From Candidatus Bathyarchaeia archaeon (GTDB lineage: Archaea; Thermoproteota; Bathyarchaeia; Bathyarchaeales; Bathycorpusculaceae), in NCBI GenBank assembly GCA_050012755.1, contig JBEKGO010000031.1, positions 1-32,360 on the forward strand: a DNA stretch of 32,360 bases, given 5' to 3'. Below, piece by piece: positions 27,511 to 32,360 of the stretch. Position 1 is the first letter of the stretch, and every line of letters begins with the position of its first letter. The translations under genes and the position numbers were made by a program. Below the pieces are notes generated by a model, which was not told the origin of the DNA, ran no database searches, and saw nothing but the letters and a program-made list of their open reading frames with translations.

Positions 27511-28320
27511 ATGAACAAAAAAATTCCGATAGTAATTGCAATCATAGCATTATTCGCCGTAAGCGGCATCAGCCTAGCAGGTGCTAAACCATCAATGGTT
27601 AGCCCATCGACAATGGCACCAAACATGTCAAGTGCGCTCGCTATGCGAAGTTACATACGGATTAACGGTAACATAACCCAGTGGGGAACGACAGCCGTAA
27701 ATGGCGCTCTTCAAACCCAAGCTGGAGCATCAACACGCGTAGACTTAAGCACAAATCAGATAGCTACAGCCACTGCGATTTGGACAACCAATATTTCTCG
27801 TCCAATCGTCGATGTCGAAGCGAAACAGAACTTTACCTATGTCTTCTACGAAGCAAGGTTAACCAATGCTTCCGTATCAACTTTAAGCACTACTACAGTA
27901 GGCACAAACTACTTCCTTAACGGCACATGGAATGTTTACACCGTTGTAAGCAACGTAACAATAATCACAAATGATCAAGGACAAATAACAAACGTTCACC
28001 GAAGCACAGACACCTCAATCCAAAAAGCGTATGGCGAACTAACAGTTACCGACAACTGGACCAAATTCACACTGGCAATAAAAGGAATAGACCCACTAAC
28101 AGGATCAGTTTCCCGATCAGTACAAAGACAGACCCAGTTTAATCAATTCAAAGTAACTGACGACACAACAACCAATGCAGTGACCAAAGCGGACGTAGCT
28201 GAAGTTATTCGATCTTACGGTTCGATGCCAGGCTGGGGCAACTACGACGCCAAAATGGACTTTTGCGGCCACTATAAAATCGACATAGCCGACTTATCAA
28301 CAGTCGCATCAAACATGTAA
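27511..28320 (+). CDS. Secreted protein with C-terminal dockerin-like domain
   Basis: Signal peptide. Beta-rich Thr/Asn domain. C-terminal V...DV..V..SYGSMPGWGNYDAKMDFCGHYKIDIADLSTVA matches the archaeal dockerin-like duplicated repeat. No TM anchor. Confidence 0.72.
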   Translation: MNKKIPIVIAIIALFAVSGISLAGAKPSMVSPSTMAPNMSSALAMRSYIRINGNITQWGTTAVNGALQTQAGASTRVDLSTNQIATATAIWTTNISRPIVDVEAKQNFTYVFYEARLTNASVSTLSTTTVGTNYFLNGTWNVYTVVSNVTIITNDQGQITNVHRSTDTSIQKAYGELTVTDNWTKFTLAIKGIDPLTGSVSRSVQRQTQFNQFKVTDDTTTNAVTKADVAEVIRSYGSMPGWGNYDAKMDFCGHYKIDIADLSTVASNM

Positions 28321-28344
28321 AATCTCATTCCGTCCTACACCATT

Positions 28345-28356
28345 ATTTCTTTTTTT
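28345..28356 (+). terminator. Oligo-T terminator after the dockerin gene
   Basis: ATTTCTTTTTTT ~25 nt after the stop codon. Confidence 0.5.
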
Positions 28357-28368
28357 ATATTATTAATT

Positions 28369-28570
28369 GTTATTGACGGGTTTTTGTTTTAGATTGCTTT
28401 CTTAGTTTGGGGCTTTGTTTGTTTGCAGGTTGAGTCACTAAAAGTCACTACAAGTCACCAAAAGTCACTGCGCGTCTCTTTGCATCCCAAAAAGTCCCTT
28501 AGAGGCGGATATCAATTATTCTTAACTCAAAGTGTTATCTTAAGACTAAGTTCAACTTAGGTTAAGTTAA
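28369..28570 (+). repeat. Dispersed intergenic element with 10-bp-phased GTCA array, copy 2
   Basis: GTCAC at 28434, 28444, 28454 and 28464, then degenerate GTCT/ATCC/GTCC at 28474/28484/28494. Flanks shared with copy 1. Confidence 0.85.
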
Positions 28571-28599
28571 TACGACAATTATGCATTATTGAAAGTCTG

Positions 28600-28791
28600 A
28601 TGGCACCGAAATTGGAGACCAAAAATTTGGCAGAGGAACCTGAGCAGCAGAAATCAGTAAAGTTGCCATGCGGATGCATCTACCAAGACAAAGGCTGGAT
28701 ACTAACCCGAGTCAACGAATGCGAATATCATAAACACAAAAGAACAACCAAACGCCCATTCAAGCCTAAAGCTGAATGCGTGAGACCCTAA
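28600..28791 (+). CDS. Small basic Cys/His-containing protein (possible zinc binder)
   Basis: 63 aa. LPCGC...ECEYH pattern with a basic tail. Protein-like composition. Confidence 0.55.
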   Translation: MAPKLETKNLAEEPEQQKSVKLPCGCIYQDKGWILTRVNECEYHKHKRTTKRPFKPKAECVRP

Positions 28792-28907
28792 AGAAGCGAC
28801 GGAGCCAAAAATGCACGATAGCAACAACCAGCAACCAACTGTTCGACACAAAACTGGAGTGGGCTTCCATAAGAGATTTAACACTCTAGGTACATGGTTG
28901 TAAGAAC

Positions 28908-30059
28908 ATGACATCGGCAGAAACTCCAAGCCAACAGCAACAGAAATCATCTCGTTCACGGCAAATTCTCAAGATTACCCTTGAAGTAGTCTTCATGGTG
29001 GCGATTTTGGCTGGACTACTTTATTACATCGGGACAACTGTTCCATCGACCTTCAAACCAGGAGAAATGACAATTCTAAAAGGCGTTGACTATATCTACA
29101 CCACAATTCTTACAATAAAGGTTGAATATCTGCTCCTTGCTTTTTTGATGTACTTTGGAATAAACATTCTTTTTACAGTGCGGCTAAGACGGGTGCTTTA
29201 CAAAAACGGCGTAAAAACATCGTTTGGCAAAACGTTGCTTGCCCAGTATGCGGGCATGCTAACTAGCGACGTTACTCCAGGGCGTTCAGGCTATATTCTC
29301 ACGCCAGTTTACTTAAGAGATCAGGATGTCCCGACTTCAAAAAGTCTATCGAGCGTTCTTGGCATTCAAACATTTGAATTTCTAATCAAGGCAATCGGCG
29401 GAGTGGGCGCCATAATTTATTTAATAGAGTTTGTGCCTAGGCAAACATGGAATAATATATTTCCTACACAAATTGCAGGAGTAAACATAGGATTACTAAT
29501 TGCGGTACTTGGCGTTTGCTTAATGATGACTGGAGCCATTGTTCTTGCAGCCTTCACATGGTCTAAACGAGCTATTTCCATATTTGACCGAATTGCGAAC
29601 TCGCGGTATCTCAAAAGATTCACAGGCGGTTTAATGGGAAAGCTTGAAGAATACAAAGTAAGCGCTAAAAGCACGGGCAGAGCAATCCCAGGAATACTTA
29701 TTTTGTCCGTGTCGTGCTTGATCCTAAAAGGTTTTGAATGGTGGTTTTTAGGTTATGCCTTAGGAATCACAACGATACCGTGGATAGCATACCTCTTAAT
29801 TCACCCATTGGTAACTGCCTTAGCCTTCGTTCCGATAACTCCAGCTGGCATAGGTGTGCAAGAATTTGGTATTGTTGGCATTTTTGGGCTTCTAGGAATT
29901 GCTGCTCCGATAGCAGTCGTGTTCGCTTTGCTTGCCCGCGGCTTACTCATTTTTGAAGACCTTGCAGGAGTACCTCAGATTGTAAAGTCCACAAGCCTAA
30001 TCTTTTCCCGCAAAAAGCCTGAGACCACGATAGAACCTGGGCCTCCCAAACCTATCTGA
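28908..30059 (+). CDS. Second UPF0104 / lysylphosphatidylglycerol synthase TM-region (flippase-like) protein
   Basis: SDVTPGRSG and VPITPAGIGVQE motifs. Many TM helices. Confidence 0.85.
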   Translation: MTSAETPSQQQQKSSRSRQILKITLEVVFMVAILAGLLYYIGTTVPSTFKPGEMTILKGVDYIYTTILTIKVEYLLLAFLMYFGINILFTVRLRRVLYKNGVKTSFGKTLLAQYAGMLTSDVTPGRSGYILTPVYLRDQDVPTSKSLSSVLGIQTFEFLIKAIGGVGAIIYLIEFVPRQTWNNIFPTQIAGVNIGLLIAVLGVCLMMTGAIVLAAFTWSKRAISIFDRIANSRYLKRFTGGLMGKLEEYKVSAKSTGRAIPGILILSVSCLILKGFEWWFLGYALGITTIPWIAYLLIHPLVTALAFVPITPAGIGVQEFGIVGIFGLLGIAAPIAVVFALLARGLLIFEDLAGVPQIVKSTSLIFSRKKPETTIEPGPPKPI

Positions 30060-30294
30060 CAAGCGTTTTCAGCCTTAACCATCTAGTCTCAGTCACAACT
30101 CGGTACTAAATTAAACTGTTTTGTTTTAGAAGTAGATTTCTCGGTTCAACCAAACCCAAAAAAGGCATTAAGGTAAGTCTAACGCTTCACGGTAAGCAAA
30201 TAAATATAGCCTTGTGATATGTTTGTGACTCAATTAAAAGGCAAAAGTCGGTTTGAGCCGACACTGAAGAAAATCTAACTTTGGGTTGATCTAC

Positions 30295-31478
30295 ATGAAG
30301 TACATATTCGTTGTTGGAGATGGAATGTCTGATTACCCTGTTCCTGAATTGGGAAACAAAACGATTCTATAGCGGCTCAAGGCAGAAGCGGACTCATCAA
30401 AACTGTTCCAGACGAATCTATTCCAGGTTCAGAAACGGCCATTTGCTCACTTTTAGGGTATGACCCGAGAATTTACTGTACAGGCAGAGGCCCACTTGAA
30501 GCACCTGCCAGAGGAATAAAACTTGGCCCGAACGATGCAGCCTTCAGATGCAATTTGATCACAGAGAAAGATGGAGTTATTGTTGATTTTTCAGCTGGTC
30601 ACATAACCACTGAAGAAGCAAGCAAACTAATAGCGTCAATAAACAAAGCTTTTGGAAAACTGGGCAAAATCGAATTCTACTCTGGACTTGACTACAGGCA
30701 TTTTCTGATATTACGAAACATCCCAAAACCCGAGCTTATCGTGTGCACTCCACCGCATAACGTAATCGGAGTTAATGTTGAAGATGTGATGCCAACAGCC
30801 AAGTCGGCCGAAGGAGAAAAAACAGCACGATTACTCAGAGAGCTTATTTCTCGTTCCAGCGGCATTCTTCGGACTCATCCAGTAAATGTGGCACGAGTCA
30901 AAGCAGGCAAAAATCCGGCCAATTTGATTTGGCCATGGGGCGGAGGAAAAAAACCAGCCATGCCAACTTTGATGGAAAAATTTGGACTAAAGGGAGCAGT
31001 TATTTCTGCAGTTGATTTGGTGAAAGGAATTGGCACTTATGCGGGCATGGAAAACATTAATGTTCCAGGGGCAACAGGTTTAGACAACACTAATTATGAA
31101 GGCAAAGCAGATGCCGCCATAAATGCTCTTAAAAATAATGACTTTGTTTTTGTCCATGTAGAGGCACCAGACGAAGCCGGACACCTCAAGGATTACAAAC
31201 TAAAGGTTAGGTCAATTGAGAATTTAGATAAAAGAGTGATTGGCAGAATCCTTGACGGAGTAAAAGAACCATACACTATTGTAATTTCGCCTGATCATCC
31301 CACGCCCATAAGTGTAGGGACGCATACAAGAGACCCTGTGCCCTTCGCAATTAAATCACCGTCCCTAAAACCTGACGGCGTAAAAAAGTTCGATGAGGAA
31401 TCCGCGAAAAAAGGAGCCTTCGGGCTAATCACCAATGACTACTTAATTTCTCTCTTAATCGCTTCGACGAAAAAATAA
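30295..31478 (+). pseudogene. apgM: Cofactor-independent phosphoglycerate mutase, frameshifted near the 5' end
   Basis: ATG 30295 gives MKYIFVVGDGMSDYPVPELGNKTIL then TAG (30370-30372). Homology resumes in another frame at 30369 (IAAQGRSGLIKTVP...PGSE...GRGPLEA), continuous with ORF 30555-31478 (EAPDEAGH, PDHPTP, THTRDPVP). Confidence 0.85.
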
Positions 31479-31505
31479 TACCCGAAAGAGTACATTTAAT
31501 CGAGT

Positions 31506-31742
31506 TTAGGTTTCGATTTTTTGTAGTCTGTCGCAGGATGATAGGTAACCTTGTCCTTTGTTTGTGAGGACGTATTTACCGTTGTTCTGAATCAACATAC
31601 TTTGACGAATTAGAATTGTCAAGTAAGACTCTGCTAATACATCATTCAAACCCACTTGTTGCATAATTCTGCCCTTATCTTTTGATGTTTCGCAGAACCG
31701 CATAATATGAGAAACAATTCCTAATCTAGCACTAACGGCCAT
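31506..31742 (-). CDS. Small archaeal winged-helix regulator (COG3432-like)
   Basis: R..IV..I......K.RIM..VGLN......YL..L.....L......Y..T.KG..YL pattern. ATG at 31742 (or GTG 31751). Confidence 0.78.
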   Translation of the reverse strand: MAVSARLGIVSHIMRFCETSKDKGRIMQQVGLNDVLAESYLTILIRQSMLIQNNGKYVLTNKGQGYLSSCDRLQKIET

Positions 31743-31832
31743 TTGGCTCACAACATATTGATTAGTTAAGAGGCAATTAAGAGTGTGTGATTGCTAGAAC
31801 GCTATAACAAGTCGTTAGTTAGCCTCTGTTGC

Positions 31833-32339
31833 TCAAATTTTAGTCCAACCAACCTCGCTGGTCATTAACTTTTATGCAAGTTGTTTTCATATAAAAGGGG
31901 AATTTAATTGGGACGCTATTCTGAATTGGCATACTATAATTGGTTGTCCCTACTGCGCTAATCAAACCGTTGCTTATTTTATTTAAAGGGCATCTCAGTC
32001 TTTGCGGAATCGTCGCTTGGAGGCTTGAGAGGTAAACCATATGTTATCACCCAAGATGGCAATCGCATTAAAGAATTGCTCGAGAGCAAAGGAAAAACAG
32101 CAACCATAAAGACTTTTGGGATTCCTCACTGGGATCTCTTGCAAAATGCGAAAGACAGAAATGCCGTGGCAGAAACCAGGCAATCTGATGCGGCGATTGC
32201 CTTGAGCTCTCTATCTATACTATGCCTTCCTTCCTATTCCAATATCCAATAGACAAATGCTAAACCAAGTATACACTTTTTTTGTTTTCCCCAAACCATC
32301 GCAACCACAATTAAGGTTGGTTGGATCAAATTTTAGTCC
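31833..32339. mobile_element. Candidate non-autonomous element/cassette: 482 bp, 12-bp terminal inverted repeats, 11-bp flanking direct repeat
   Basis: TCAAATTTTAG (31833-31843) + TCCAACCAACCT (31844-31855) ... AGGTTGGTTGGA (32314-32325) + TCAAATTTTAG (32326-32336). No recognisable gene inside. Confidence 0.55.
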
Positions 32340-32360
32340 CCTGACATTGTTAAGAATGGG

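Noticed and set aside
1598-29956. Numerous 60-180 aa ORFs antisense or out of frame within identified genes (e.g. 13132-13569, 20318-20854, 10432-10746)
   Set aside because: Shadow ORFs of well-supported genes, with no independent motifs.
31840-32252. Three short overlapping ORFs (66, 62 and 75 aa) inside the candidate element
   Set aside because: Mutually overlapping with no family motifs; none can be preferred.

Overview
Archaeal chromosomal window, most likely Bathyarchaeia. This is inferred from a CdvB/Snf7 paralog, a crenarchaeal-type single-OB SSB, DGGGP synthase, a large PQQ-like propeller protein, and PEF-CTERM cohesin and dockerin-like proteins. The left ~10 kb looks accessory: a partial TrmB regulator, an AT-rich orphan, a 1474-aa Cas4/RecB-like nuclease fused to an SF1B (Dna2/Upf1-like) helicase, and membrane sensors/regulators. 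The middle is mostly housekeeping: ESCRT-III, DGGGP synthase, NDP-sugar pyrophosphorylase, glyS-DUF47-endA, flippase-rimI, malic enzyme, SSB. The right part holds a cohesin / membrane-anchored wHTH regulator / dockerin module, a second flippase and a frameshifted apgM. The most unusual signals are non-coding: (i) two homologous ~200-240 bp elements carrying GTCA motifs phased exactly every 10 bp; (ii) a separate AATGAAC x4 10-bp-phased array in the regulator/dockerin promoter region; (iii) four copies of a GGATYAAATTTTARTCC palindrome, two of which bound a 482-bp segment with 12-bp inverted ends and an 11-bp direct repeat; (iv) a 70-bp degenerate direct repeat bracketing a DUF835 sensor gene. 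I found no rRNA, tRNA, CRISPR array, integrase or transposase. All family calls come from motif recognition by eye, not database searches.
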